Shown: positions 29,277-41,819, numbered from the stretch's first letter. The stretch is 64,000 nucleotides of DNA from Octopus sinensis (GCF_006345805.1 NC_043001.1:77934001-77998000), one strand, 5' to 3'. Translations and numbers: made by a program. Notes: a model not told the origin generated them from the sequence alone.

Positions 29277-29787
29277 GATAGATAGATAGCTTTCTGACTA
29301 TAAAGATAACTGACAACTTTAAGGGCAAATAACCTCTTATCATTTGGAACCATTTCTAGTTGTTATGTTAGTGGGCAATTGAAATCAGTAATGGGAAATC
29401 TACGACCTGTAGGACTTTCTGAATGCCATGCAAACCGAAAAATTATCTTGAATTTTTTTTAGTAGTGACCATACAGATAATGAACTTATCTCTCGGTCTG
29501 TTTCCCGTAAAATATTGTCCATATGTCAAAATTCAAATATCCCACAGTATACATAGAAAATGTTACATTTTTATGAAAATACACGTCATAAAGATATCCT
29601 GAATAATCTCCGACAACGTGTAATATGGAATGTCGATATGCGCTATAACAAAATCCATTGAGTAAGTGAGTAACGGCTACTATTACCGTCACAGGGGAAA
29701 TGGAATAGTGTCTATAATATTAACCCCAAGGAAGGTAGACATAGCTTATTATATTGACCACTGTGATGGAGATTGGATAGGTCTTAT

Positions 29788-30932
29788 ATTGGTTTCAAAT
29801 TTTGGCACGCGGCCAGCAATTTCAGATTACGCCTTTCCAAGCGCTCAACTTGTACTTAGTTTAATGACACCAAAAGGCTAGAAGACAAAGTTAACCTTGT
29901 TTGAATTTGAACACGGAACGTAAATCTAGAAGAAATGCCACTAAGCGTTTTGCCCGGAATGCTAACGAACTTTTCTATTTCGCTGCCATAAACAGTATTT
30001 GGTTTCAAATTATGGCACAAGGCTACCAGTTTCGGTGAAGGGCCGTAAGACTATTACATCGACCCTGGTGTTCAACTGGTACTTATTTTATCGACTCTGA
30101 TAATATGACAGGCAAAGTCGGCTTCGGTGGAATGTGAACTCTGGAAGTACATACGGACGAAATGCTAACGAATCTTACCAGGTTGCCGTCTTGAATATAG
30201 ATCTTATATTGACAAAAGCTATTTTAGGAAGCATTATTTAATCGGTAACAGAAGTTTGAATGCCAACGCAGAAATCGGTCAAATTTGAACGTGGATCACA
30301 AAGTGACATAACGGAAAATCAGGAGTCATCTTCCCCAATGCTCTGCTGATTCTTCATAATAAATCAAGGTTTAAAAATTTGGCTTAACGCCAGCAAATTT
30401 AGTGGAAGCCTAAGTCGATTACAACTGGCACTTATTTTATCAACTCCGAAAGAACGAGACGTAAAATCAACCTCGGTAGAAATTGAACTCAAAACATAAA
30501 GACGGACGACATGCCTCTAAGTATTTTGCCCTGCAAGCTAACGATTCGGCTAGCTCGCCGCCTTATTCTTCACAATAAATAATGATTACAAATTTTGCCA
30601 CAAGGGCAGCATGGGGATGAAAAGTTGACCTCGGTGGAATTTGAACTCGGAACGTAAGAATTTTATCCGACGTGCTAACTATTCTGCTACCACGCCGCCT
30701 TATTCTTCCCAATAAATAATACTTTCTACTGGAAGCACAAGGCCTGGAATTTGGAAGATGGGATTTAGTTGATTACATCAATCCCAGTACGTCACTAGTA
30801 TTTAATTTATCGACCTCGAAAGGATAAAAGGCAAAGTCGACCTCGGCAGAATTTGAACTCAGAACGTCGTGACAGACAAAATACTCTTAAGCATTTCCCC
30901 CCGGTGTGCTAACGGATCTGCCAGCTCGCCGC
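29788..30932 (-). repeat. Array of five or six decayed, co-oriented tRNA-SINE units
   Basis: Units at about 29788-29987, 29997-30190, 30250-30355 (partial), 30366-30562, 30585-30699 and 30722-30932. Each has an AATTTGAACTC-like B-box complement and a GCCGCC-like end. Confidence 0.8.
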
Positions 30933-31277
30933 CTCATTCTTTACAACAAATAACAAGAACGGGAATGAAAGTTGAGAAACATCAAATACCCATTTCATAA
31001 CGGGAATCAAAGTCGACTCACATTATATTATTGGGTTGTCAAACAAATACAACCTTTTCATAACTTAATCCTTTCGAAATTTATTTGAGTTAACACGAAA
31101 AATATTTTTCGTTGTGCTTCATGGGTTTTCTTTTGTAGGTCCTTAAATGTTGCTTATCGTTTCTGAAAAAACAAAATAAATTTTGAAATGGTTCATGAAA
31201 AGTAAGGAAGAAAAAAATAGGGAAAGAAGTAAAGGACGAACTTATTTATCTGAAGACAAAAATATAGATGGTTGTTA

Positions 31278-31860
31278 GGCGGCGAGCTGGCAGAAACGTT
31301 AGCACGCCGGGCGAAATGCGTAGCCGTATTTCGTTTGCCGTTACGTTCTGAGCTCAAATTCCGCCGAGGTCGACTTTGCCTTTCATCCTTTCGGAGTCGA
31401 TAAATTAAGTACCAGTTACGCACTGGGGTCGTTATAGTCGAATTAATCCGTTTGTCTGTCCTTGTTTGTCCTTCTGTGTTTAGCCCCTTGTGGGTAGTAA
31501 AGAAATAGGTATTTCGTCTGCCGTTACGTTCTGAGTTCAGATTCCGCCGAGGTCGACTTTGCCTTTCATCCTTTCGGGGTCAATTAAATAAGTACCAGTT
31601 ACGCACTGAGGTTGATATAATCGACTTAATCCGTGTGTCTGTCCTTGTTTGTCCCCTCTGTGTTTAGCCCCTTGTGGGCAGTAAAGAAATATGTATTTCG
31701 TTTGTTTTTACGTTCTGAGTTCAAATTACGCGCAAGTCGACTTTGCATTTCATTTTTTCAGGGTCGATAGAATAAATATCGGCTGAGAACTGTTGTCGAT
31801 TGCATCGATTTATACCTCTCCTGAAAGTGCAGGCTTTGTGCAAAAATTTGAGATCATTAT
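31278..31860 (+). mobile_element. Second trimeric tRNA-SINE with TSD; third unit has a different tail
   Basis: Head GGCGGCGAGCTGGCAGAAACG; later units restart at GTATTTCG. AGATGGTTGTT at 31266-31276 and 31863-31873. Confidence 0.85.
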
Positions 31861-32142
31861 AAAGATGGTTGTTGATATAACAGCATTGAATCATTGAATT
31901 GTCAGTTGTTAACGATATAGACGTCGTGCGTGATGTTTATTTGATAGACTGTGGTTTCAAAGTAGAGAAATATTATTTTAAAAGGCCAGTGAAAGAAATA
32001 AAACTGAATTTCGAAAAAATTCTGTACCATATTGAAATAAATTATAAATGAATGACTTCCTAACAATGAAAGTCCCATGTGGTGCATTTCTGCTGGACGC
32101 ACACACTAACTGTCAACCCCACCCACACACAAGCAATGTAAG

Positions 32143-32209
<67 letters not shown>

Positions 32210-32211
32210 GG

Positions 32212-32242
<31 letters not shown>

Positions 32243-32272
32243 CATTATATAATATATATAATATGTGTGTGC

Positions 32273-32323
<51 letters not shown>

Positions 32324-32356
32324 ATATGTGTGTATATATTTATATATTTATAAAGA

Positions 32357-32688
32357 CATAAAGACAGATACACATAAACACACATGTTTTAACACACCAC
32401 ACTAGGTGTATGTGCGTGTATATATATATAGTTGGAACTTACAAAAAAAGACGAAAACATGTGTATAAACAACAAACAGGTGTATTAGTTGAACGCTCGG
32501 GGAGGTGAGAAAGTCTGTCATGTTTCGAGCCTACGCTCTTCAACGGAGAGGAACACGAGAAAATAAACACAGAGAGAATAAAAATAAGCTTTATAAATAT
32601 ATATTTATATATTTGACTATTTATTAAAATTTTATGTATTGATTAAGTCTTTCCTTGTTTGTTTTGCAAAATAGTGGTTTTGTCTCTA

Positions 32689-32746
<58 letters not shown>

Positions 32747-33211
32747 GATATATAATATATATTATATATATATATATATACATATATAATATATGTATGT
32801 ATATATATGAAAATGTACTTATACATATATACATAAATACAACATACATAATGCATTCCGTGGGTATGTAAGTATGAATATGTTAATGATGGTTCTTATC
32901 AGCTTCTGTCATTACTATCTCTCCGATCACCTTACGTGAAAGGAGAGACAGTAATTCACACCAAAAGTTATTTCATAAAGACAGATACACATAAACACAC
33001 ATGTTTTAACACACCACACATAGGTGTATGTGCGTGTATATATATATAGTTGGAACTTACAAAAAAAGACGAAAACAGGTGTATAAACAACAAACAGGTG
33101 TATTAGTTGAACGCTCGGGGAGGTGAGAAAGTCTGTCATGTTTCGAGCCTACGCTCTTCATCGGAGAGGAACACGAGAAAATAAACACAGAGAGAATAAA
33201 AAAAAGCTTTA
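32357..33211. repeat. About 237-bp direct duplication (32357-32593 and 32974-33211) containing a PLE-type terminus
   Basis: About 4 differences between copies by eye; period 617 bp. Confidence 0.85.
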
Positions 33212-33254
33212 GTGACTAGCGGTCGATCATACTGAAGGCAAGACCATATAGAAG

Positions 33255-33285
<31 letters not shown>

Positions 33286-33349
33286 TATATATATATACTA
33301 TATATATATATATATTATATATATATATATAGTATATAATACCTATATA

Positions 33350-33394
<45 letters not shown>

Positions 33395-33490
33395 ATATAT
33401 ATATGTAGGTCCCGGGTTGATTCGGGGTTAACCACAGTAAATAAGGTACTCAATACATAGCAGAGTAAAATTAATTTATTATATAGAAGG

Positions 33491-33541
33491 AGCTTCTACA
33501 GGACTAGAACTGTTTCATTCAAGAGAAATCTTCAGGAAGCT
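33491..33541 (-). ncRNA. Type I hammerhead ribozyme fold (minus copy)
   Basis: Reverse complement of 34303-34353; same core and stems. Confidence 0.7.
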
Positions 33542-33681
33542 AGTTAACAAGAATTGTATTGGCATTTATACATTAGGCAGGTTTAAAGGGGTGTTGGTGG
33601 GGGACTTTGGGGTAGGCATAGCGCAAAAAATCATACTTGGGGGAGTGGTCAAGGAGTCAGTGTTAAATTAGATAGGAGAAT

Positions 33682-33715
<34 letters not shown>

Positions 33716-33946
33716 AAATAAAAAATAAAAAATAACAAAAAAAAAATATAAAAAATAAATAAAAAATAAAAAAAAAATAAAAAATAGAAAATAGAAAATA
33801 AAAAATATAAAAATATTAAAAAAAAAAAAAAAAATATATATATAATATATATGTATGTGTGATTGGTATATATAATGTGTGTATGTGTAGAGGTATAAGT
33901 GAGAATCTCCTTATTTACCTAAAACTCTATTCCCCCCCTTTATACA

Positions 33947-33985
<39 letters not shown>

Positions 33986-34302
33986 AATTTTTTTATTTTT
34001 TTTTATTTTTATTTTTTTTTTTTTTTACATATTTTTTTTATTTTTTATTTTCTATTTTCTATTTTTATTTTTTATTTTTTTTTTATTTTTTATATTTTAT
34101 ATTTTTATTTGTTTTTGTATTTTTATTTTTTATTTTTTATTTTTTATTTTTTATTTTTTTATTTATTCTCCTATCTAATTTAACACTGACTCCTGACCAC
34201 TCCCCCAAGTATGATTTTTTGCGCTATGCCTACCCCAAAAAGTCCCCCACCAACACCCCTTTAAACCTGCCTAATGTATAAATGCCAATACAATTGTTAA
34301 CT

Positions 34303-34353
34303 AGCTTCCTGAAGATTTCTCTTGAATGAAACAGTTCTAGTCCTGTAGAAGCT
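34303..34353 (+). ncRNA. Type I hammerhead ribozyme fold
   Basis: Stem I AGCTTC/GAAGCT (6 bp), core CTGAAGA, stem II T-TTC-TCTT-GAA-T, GAAA, stem III ACAG/CTGT with loop TTCTAGTC, triplet GTA with predicted cut after 34347. Confidence 0.7.
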
Positions 34354-34369
34354 CTCATATAATAAATAT

Positions 34370-34409
<40 letters not shown>

Positions 34410-34429
34410 CGGGAGCTTTATGAAAATAA

Positions 34430-34741
34430 ACAAAAGACGAAGGCAGGTGGAAAACAAACGAACAATTGTATTAGTATGGCGCTCAGGAATATAAATAAAC
34501 AAGTCTTAACGTTTCGAGCCTACGCTCTTCAACGGAAAGATACCAGAGAGAGAAAAAACACAGAAAGAAGGAGAGATAGTAAATCCCCCAAAAAACGAAG
34601 AACAAAAGAAAAAACAACGCGAGGACGTGGCACATGTAAAGTATTAGCAGTCACTCAAGGAAGGAAAGAAAGGTGGTTTAATGTTTCGAGCAAATATATA
34701 TAGTATGCCATACATTATATATATATATATATATACATATG

Positions 34742-34778
<37 letters not shown>

Positions 34779-34920
34779 GATATATATATATATATAATAG
34801 ATAAATATCCGAAACGAAGAACAAACAAAACAAAAACAACTAAACAGAACGCTCGGGGAAGGAAGAAATATGGTTTAACGTTTAGAGCAAAGCTCTTCTT
34901 AGAAACAGAGGTAAGTCCAA
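34430..34920 (-). mobile_element. PLE-type terminal fragments with minimal hammerhead-like motifs (34503-34541 and 34873-34908)
   Basis: CCGTTGA-A-GAGC-GTAG-GCTC-GAAAC-GTT, and CTAAGA-A-GAGC-TTT-GCTC-TAAAC-GTT with stem I GTTT/AAAC. Confidence 0.55.
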
Positions 34921-34971
34921 TTCGAAGGCGGAGGGAAAAATCGCCAATGATTTAAATGTGTGTATATATAT

Positions 34972-35009
<38 letters not shown>

Positions 35010-35139
35010 GGGCGTGCGGTGGTAAATTTTGCAACTTGATAGTTTTTTCACGCATGCTCATTGTTTCTTTTAGTTTTTTATTTTGGTGACTACGCATTAT
35101 AGTAAGCTGGGCACCTTTGTGAGGAAAACGGCATTATGA

Positions 35140-36040
35140 TGCAATCCACTCTGCCAGAAATTTGGAAAGGACATGGTTTACTGCTTTGCATTTGCGCCCG
35201 ATGCCCCAGTATGCACATTTCAGTGTGTTTGGGTGTCAATCTGAGGATAGTTCAGAGGATTCCGAAAGAGATGTTGAGGTTAATGGTGATTGCGAAGATA
35301 CAGCACCAAGGTAAACTTGCTCTGATCGTTCTGATAAGAACAGAACTCCTGAATTTGTTGGTGTGATCGAGGCTATGATTGACAGCAATCCCGCCAAGTC
35401 AATCAGGTCAAACGCCAGGGACATAGGAGTGTCTCATTTTCATTTCAGGCAGGTAGTGCATGAAAACATTCGGTATTCCGCTCACAAGATGAGAAAGGGC
35501 CAATTTTCATCCTAAGCCATCAGGGGCAAGAAGCAAGACCGTGCTACGAAGATTTTGACCAAACTCAAGCATAGCCTCAACGGAAAATGCTTTTGCCTTT
35601 CCCCGAAAAGTTTCTGCCAGGATCTGATGGTGTGCAGCCAGAACAACCATTGGCTTGTCATGTCACCAAAACATGTACAGAGAGTGATAAAAATCAAGCA
35701 TCCAATTAATATTATGGTGTTTTGGGTGATCACAGGTGATAGCGACGTTTATGCCACACAAGCAGAAGAACACGGGCATGGCTGTCAGACAATTTCTGCG
35801 ACCACATCACCCCTAACATTTGGCCACCTAACTCCCCAGACTGCACCCTCTAGATTTTTATGCGTGGGGCGCTGTTGAGCGAGAGACTAACAAAACTCCT
35901 TGTAACACCAAAGATGAAATGAAGGCAAGGATTATGGCAGCATTCACCAACTTAAACAAGGAGATCACCTAGAAGAGTTGCAGGAGATCTCGAAGTCGTC
36001 TGGAGGTCCCAGCTGCAGCAAATGGTGATTTTACTGAATA
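35140..36040 (+). pseudogene. Decayed, internally deleted Tc1/mariner-superfamily transposase
   Basis: IMVFWVIT.D, NIWPPNSPDC.PLDFYAWGAVERETNKTPCNTKDEMKARIMAAF, ending NGDFTE*. Confidence 0.8.
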
Positions 36041-36178
36041 AATTTACTTTTTAGTAATTCGACATATTTTCATGTAATTTTGGCAAATATTTATGTCAAA
36101 AGGAGAGCTCAGTGTTATTTATAGTTTTGCGTAATTCAGACGACAGTTTATTCACCGCGAACTGTATATATGTATATA

Positions 36179-36251
<73 letters not shown>

Positions 36252-37349
36252 GCCAATGTACCAGGCAATGAAACTGAACCTAGATCCTGATAGTTGCAGA
36301 GTGATCTCCGTAACCACATACATACTTGACTGCGCTTAATATTTGGGATTATATTCCATCCTTCTGTTTTAATGCGTTGAATTTGAATTCTCGTAGCAAT
36401 TAGTTGCTATATATCTGCAGATCAATCTACCACTCATTAGCTATTTTGATAGCAAGTTATTTACTAGTTATAGCTACAAATAGTTTGTTACGGCTAAGTT
36501 TACGTGACTACTAACAGCACATTAAATTCATATTCATACACTCTCTACCAACAGGAAGACATCTGCGTCTCACTATAACATCTTTCAATAATCAAGACGA
36601 GTAAACAATGCTAAGTATTAAATATTGTAATGATACTTATTCTTATGTTCGTGGAATTTCCAGTCGCACCGGTTATCGAAATAATGTTTATTGAAGTCAT
36701 ATAACTCTTTTTATTCATGCCAATGATCAAGTGTGTGAAGAACTAAATATGTTTGTTATCAATAACATTCTCCCCATGTATAACTTAAGGTGAAGACTAA
36801 TGTAAATATACACATATATGCATATGTGTATATTTATATATATACACATGCATATACGTACACATACGCATATTTTCCATATATGCATGTGTATATATAT
36901 ATATTTATATATATATGACAAAAGGAAAATGCATGCCCTTTAGATAGTTTTAATATATTTTAAAATATATTTTATATTGTGTTTGTCAACCGGCTTCGTG
37001 TTCGCTAAGAATGACATTGGAATTATTCTAATTTAGTATTTTCTTAAAAATATTTTAGTCCATACTGTGTGTGGAGAAGTTTGCGAATGAATGATTCAAC
37101 AAGTGAAAAAGCTAAGGCTAAATAATCGGTGATCTTTATTATTGGGGACAAGAGAGGAAATTGCTTATCCTTTGGAGAGCGGATGAGTAAATATACACAA
37201 AAACTCAAAAGCTAAAGTAGTGAGATGAAATATCTTCAGTGATGGGTATGTGATCATGACTTAAAACATATACTGCGATCAAAATTGGTTATGCGTTCGT
37301 ATTTAAACGTGTTCTGTATTTTTCGATTAAGAACTTTTCTTTATTTAAA

Positions 37350-38110
37350 CGTTCGTGTATAGAAATGGTTCTTTGCACTGGTAGATGGGGAAGGCTGCAC
37401 AAGTCTCTATGTATTCATTCAAAGATGTCTGTCTGTATCGCAAGAACCGGATCTATTCCGTATGTAGTATGGTTCTCCATCTCAGTGTCATACTTGTCTT
37501 TCCAATACAGTTATGTCCACGACCTGTGCAAGTTGTAACATAAATTAGATTGTCGGAAGAACAAGTAAAATTGGTGTTAATTGTGAACCTCACTCCTTGT
37601 TTGAATAGTAATTCCGAGGCTTCCAGTAGGTTGGGGCATGTTCCACAATTTGGACGTCCATACTTTTTAACAGTTTCTTTCGTGTGCGTTGTGTAAAACT
37701 TCGCATTTATTGGAAGTCTGTACAGCGATTTGTGCTGCTTTTTGCATTTGATGAATTTATGCGTTTTCAGAATGTTGTTCATTCTTTAGTTTCTAGTGAG
37801 CATAGGCAGAGTTTGTACAATAGTGTTGTGTGCCTCATTGCTTCTAGGGTTGTGAGTATGTACAGTAGTATTTTGAGATGAGATGTTGTGTTACAATTTG
37901 TTGCTTTCAGCGTTTTAATATCTAATATATTAGCACGCTTAATTCCATCGTCTATAAGTGAGGGTGGATATTGTCTTTCAGTTAGTTTTGTTCTGAGGTG
38001 TTGAAGACGAAGTCCCCTAGTATTTCTATCAGACAGGATCGTGCAAATCTTTTTGCTAAATTAAAGGGGATACTTCTTTTGATGTGTTTCGAATGGCATG
38101 AGCTAAACAG
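37350..38110 (-). pseudogene. Penelope-like element fragment: RT C-terminus plus GIY-YIG endonuclease
   Basis: Minus translation gives HSKHIKRSIPFNLAKR, LTERQYPPSLIDDGIKRA, CGTCP, NFTCSSDNLIYVTTC..HNCIGKT..LRWR..H. Confidence 0.8.
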
Positions 38111-38489
38111 GATATATTGCTTCGTGTCCGTTTGCTAATAATGAATATCAGTTATAATTAGGTTGTTGAATTTCTATTATCATAAAATGCGTTATGATAA
38201 TATCGTAATATCGCATACCACTTCCACAATAATGATGATCACTAGTTACCACCCCTTAGATTTTTCCATTTGTTGAATCATTCATTCATGAAATTCTCAA
38301 CACACAACACAGACTAAATTTTTCTTAAGAAAATTAGTATTTACAATAATCTCCATGTCATAATTATCAAAAGCGAAACCGGTTCAAAGATACAATATAA
38401 GATCTATTAAAAAATACATTAAAACTATGTAAAGGGTGAGCATTTCCTTCTTTTATTTTATATATATATATATATCTCACGCAGTACAA

Positions 38490-38914
38490 AGGAGTGGCTC
38501 TAATGGATTCTGGTCTCCATTGAGTAGAAATGTTATCACGTACATATTTTGTCAGGGTATTAAAAAATTGGCTACTGCATATAAGTATGCCCAATACCAC
38601 AGATTAACTTGTCAATTGCATGACCATAACCAGTTGAGCATATCCCTGCATATCCCTTGATATCTGTCGACATGTGTATGTCTGATCTTGAGCACATGTA
38701 TTGTGGGAATATCATAGATATGCGTTGAGAAGAATTCGCTGGGAATTTGAATAATTGAATCCTGGAAACTTAGGTGCCTCGTTCATCATCCTTAAACTGC
38801 CCTTATTCAGGGAACTTCTGAGCAGATGGGCTACTTCCTTGAAGAAAAGTGTACCCTATATTGGGCTTTGTATATTTGCACCCCATTTTCACTGTTATGC
38901 ACTGCTTTCTCATT
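38490..38914 (+). mobile_element. Larger fragment of the (TAA)n-associated repeat, ending directly in (TAA)n
   Basis: Homologous to 160-225 and 963-1130. Its end GCACTGCTTTCTCATT matches the stub at 23361-23382. Confidence 0.6.
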
Positions 38915-38919
38915 AATTA

Positions 38920-38924
<5 letters not shown>

Positions 38925-39009
<85 letters not shown>

Positions 39010-39102
39010 CATAATAATAGTAATAATAATAATAATAATCATGATAAGAGTAATAATAATAATAATAATAATAATAATCATGATAATAATAATAATAATA
39101 AT
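38925..39102. repeat. (TAA)n microsatellite
   Basis: Direct reading. Confidence 0.95.
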
Positions 39103-39213
39103 ATTTTCTTAAGAAAATTCGTATTTACAATAATCTCCATGTTCAAAGATACAATATAAGATCTATTAAAAAATACATTAAAACTATGTAAAGGGTGAGC
39201 AGTTTCCTTCTTT

Positions 39214-39245
<32 letters not shown>

Positions 39246-39289
39246 GTTCATTACAATTCACCATGTGGGGGATAGTCGAAATATACATA

Positions 39290-39660
39290 GGTGCAGCTTC
39301 ATTCTCAACCATATGACTCCAGGTTCAGTCCCACTATGTGGTAAGTGTCTTTTCTACTATAGCTACTTGGGGCGACCAAAGCCTTGCAAGGGGATTTGGT
39401 AGACGGAAACTGAAAGAAGCCCGTCGTACATACATACCTACATACATACATATATGTATATTTGTTTGTCTGTGTCTGCATCTTTGAGTTCGTGTTTTCC
39501 CTTTACAATCACAGATGTTGATGTGTTTACTTCCTCGTAACTTACCGTTTGGGCATAAAGTAAACAAAAGAATAAGTACTTACAAGGAATACTAAAATCT
39601 TTTAGGCAGTGCTTCAGCATGACCGCAGTCAAATGACTTAAAAAAAGTAAAAAAATAGAA
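39290..39660 (+). mobile_element. CORE-type SINE copy (decayed)
   Basis: GGTTCAGTCCCAC, GACCAAAGCCTTG, GACGGAAACTGAAAGAAGCCCGTCG, CAGCATGACCGCAGTCAAATGAC. Confidence 0.8.
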
Positions 39661-40563
39661 AAAATCCTCACTTAATTTTAGGGCTTATGCTTTGATTCAA
39701 TGTTTTAGAGATTGCATCTCTTTCAATGAAGTATTGTATAAGTATATATAGCTATACACACACAATTCATAAGTAGTGTACAAGTATATAATAAGTATAT
39801 ATTTCATATAAGAAATAGACTGGCTTGGACACAATTCTTTTGTATACATACTGGAGACTATATACCTGTTCCTGATTTCAAACGAAGTTTACATCGCTTA
39901 TGCTGGTGTGATTGAGGATTTGTATTTCCATCCACACTGAAAGGGTTTCAAATCACTCATCCAGCTCACGAGATTTACCTTGTTTATTTTGGTATATTTG
40001 ATAATTTGTAATTCCATCCACAAACAAATAGTTTTATATCACTCTTCCGACTCACCTACTTGGCTTCTATTTGATAGAATATTTCGTATTTCAGTTAACA
40101 TTTGATGATATACTATGAGTGACATATACCGCAAACAATGGTCCTATTCCTAAGTCACTGGAGTTATAAAAATAACTACATGCGTAGGAAACGCTAAAGA
40201 GTTCATTTCAATGATTTCTAAAGCCCTCTTATGTTTATTGCTTGCGCATCTTCCAAGAATCAATTTATTCCACTCTCAAATTTTACGAGTGTTAATATTT
40301 AGCCGGTTTGAGCATATAAGCAAGTTTAGAGCTTTGGTCTTTGTTTTCAGAGAAATCTCTCTCGTTGCGAATGATATTTCAGTAGATATTGGACTTCCAA
40401 ACTATGATTATACATATAGATTACAGTATTGATAAAACATTGCAACTAGTTCAGATACACGCTCATGTCTAGCATACACATAGAAGCAGGACATCAAAGA
40501 AACTGATCTACTGCGAGTGTTGTGGAAATTCATCATGACTGAGGTGGAAACTTCGATATTTTC

Positions 40564-40663
40564 NNNNNNNNNNNNNNNNNNNNNNNNNNNNNNNNNNNNN
40601 NNNNNNNNNNNNNNNNNNNNNNNNNNNNNNNNNNNNNNNNNNNNNNNNNNNNNNNNNNNNNNN
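40564..40663. other. Assembly gap (100 N)
   Basis: Run of N. Contiguity across the gap is not assured. Confidence 1.
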
Positions 40664-40929
40664 GACCCCCTGTGGTTTTATAAGAACTTTGGCCGTCCAT
40701 TTCAATGTCACTGAGTGTGTGTTGTGCATAGGTTGGCCTGGCAAATGTCCTTTGGGGTTCACACTTTCTTGATCATTCTGTGGAGGTGTGTGTGTGTGTG
40801 TGTCTCGGTCTGTGTGTGTTTTTATATATAATATAGAAAGAGAGAGAGGAGCAATGAGAGAGAGAAGAAGGAGAGAGAGAGAGAGAGAGAGAGTGAGTGA
40901 GAGGCACATACATATACGGGTTTAATAAC

Positions 40930-41662
40930 ATAAAATAAGAAATGTCCAATCTGAAACATATATTGATATATTAAAGATATAAATATATAGATATGTAAAC
41001 ATAATATAGAGAAAAATAATGAAATATTGAAAAACGACGTTTGTTTTGAAATTCAAAATGTAATATTAAGTAATAGGCATGAAAAGAGTTTCGGGTAACT
41101 TATTAGAGGAAAATAAGGTGTTCCAACGATCCTTTCTGGAGTACATTCGGGCAGATTACATATGAATCTTAGGATTCTTTTCCACTTTGCAATGTTTTCT
41201 GTTGCAAAACAATATATCGCCAATACAAATATAAATTTTAAGAAAGTCAGTAAACAATCTAATTTTTCTCCCATCATCTCCCATAAAAATTTCAATAATT
41301 CACATAGCTTTATCTGCTCTTTTATAAAGCATCAAATTATTTTAGACCTGGTAAGGGACTAAATCCAAATCTAGCGTAATCTCTATTTTTCCCTGAAGAT
41401 GGGGCATCATCTGCTCAAAGGTTCGTTGGAACACCTTATTTTCCTCAAACATGTTACTCAAAACTCTTTCTAATGCTTATTACTTTCTCTATATTACATT
41501 TAGAATTTTTAAAATTCGTATTTTTTCTTTATTTCATTATTTTTATCTATGTTATCTTTACATATCTGTATATCTATATGTCCGTGTTTCTTTTAAGTAT
41601 TCACATGTTTCTATATTTCTAATATATCAATATATATTTCACATTGGAAAATTCTTATTTTA
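40930..41662. mobile_element. Old fold-back element (arms of about 220-260 bp), probably inverted PLE-type termini
   Basis: 41106-41135 matches the reverse complement of 41417-41446 at 29/30, and homology extends outward to about 40930/41662. Hammerhead remnant CTGAAGA (41393)...CCTC-AAAC-ATGT-T. Confidence 0.7.
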
Positions 41663-41819
41663 TTCTAATTAAACCCTTATATGTATGTATTAATCATAGT
41701 CTGTCTAATCCGAAGCCTTTCTATTGTATCTATTATACTTGTCATGCGCCTCGGGTTCGATTTGAGCACTTCTTCGCTATCTATGATTTTCGAAAGAAAT
41801 TATATCATTCTATCTATAT

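Larger units (their letters stand above)
33483..34360. mobile_element. Long palindrome of two head-to-head PLE-type termini
   Basis: 33483-33830 is nearly the reverse complement of 33965-34360, with a spacer of about 135 bp. Confidence 0.85.

Noticed and set aside
40350-40780. ORFs spanning the N run
   Set aside because: Artefacts of translating the assembly gap.
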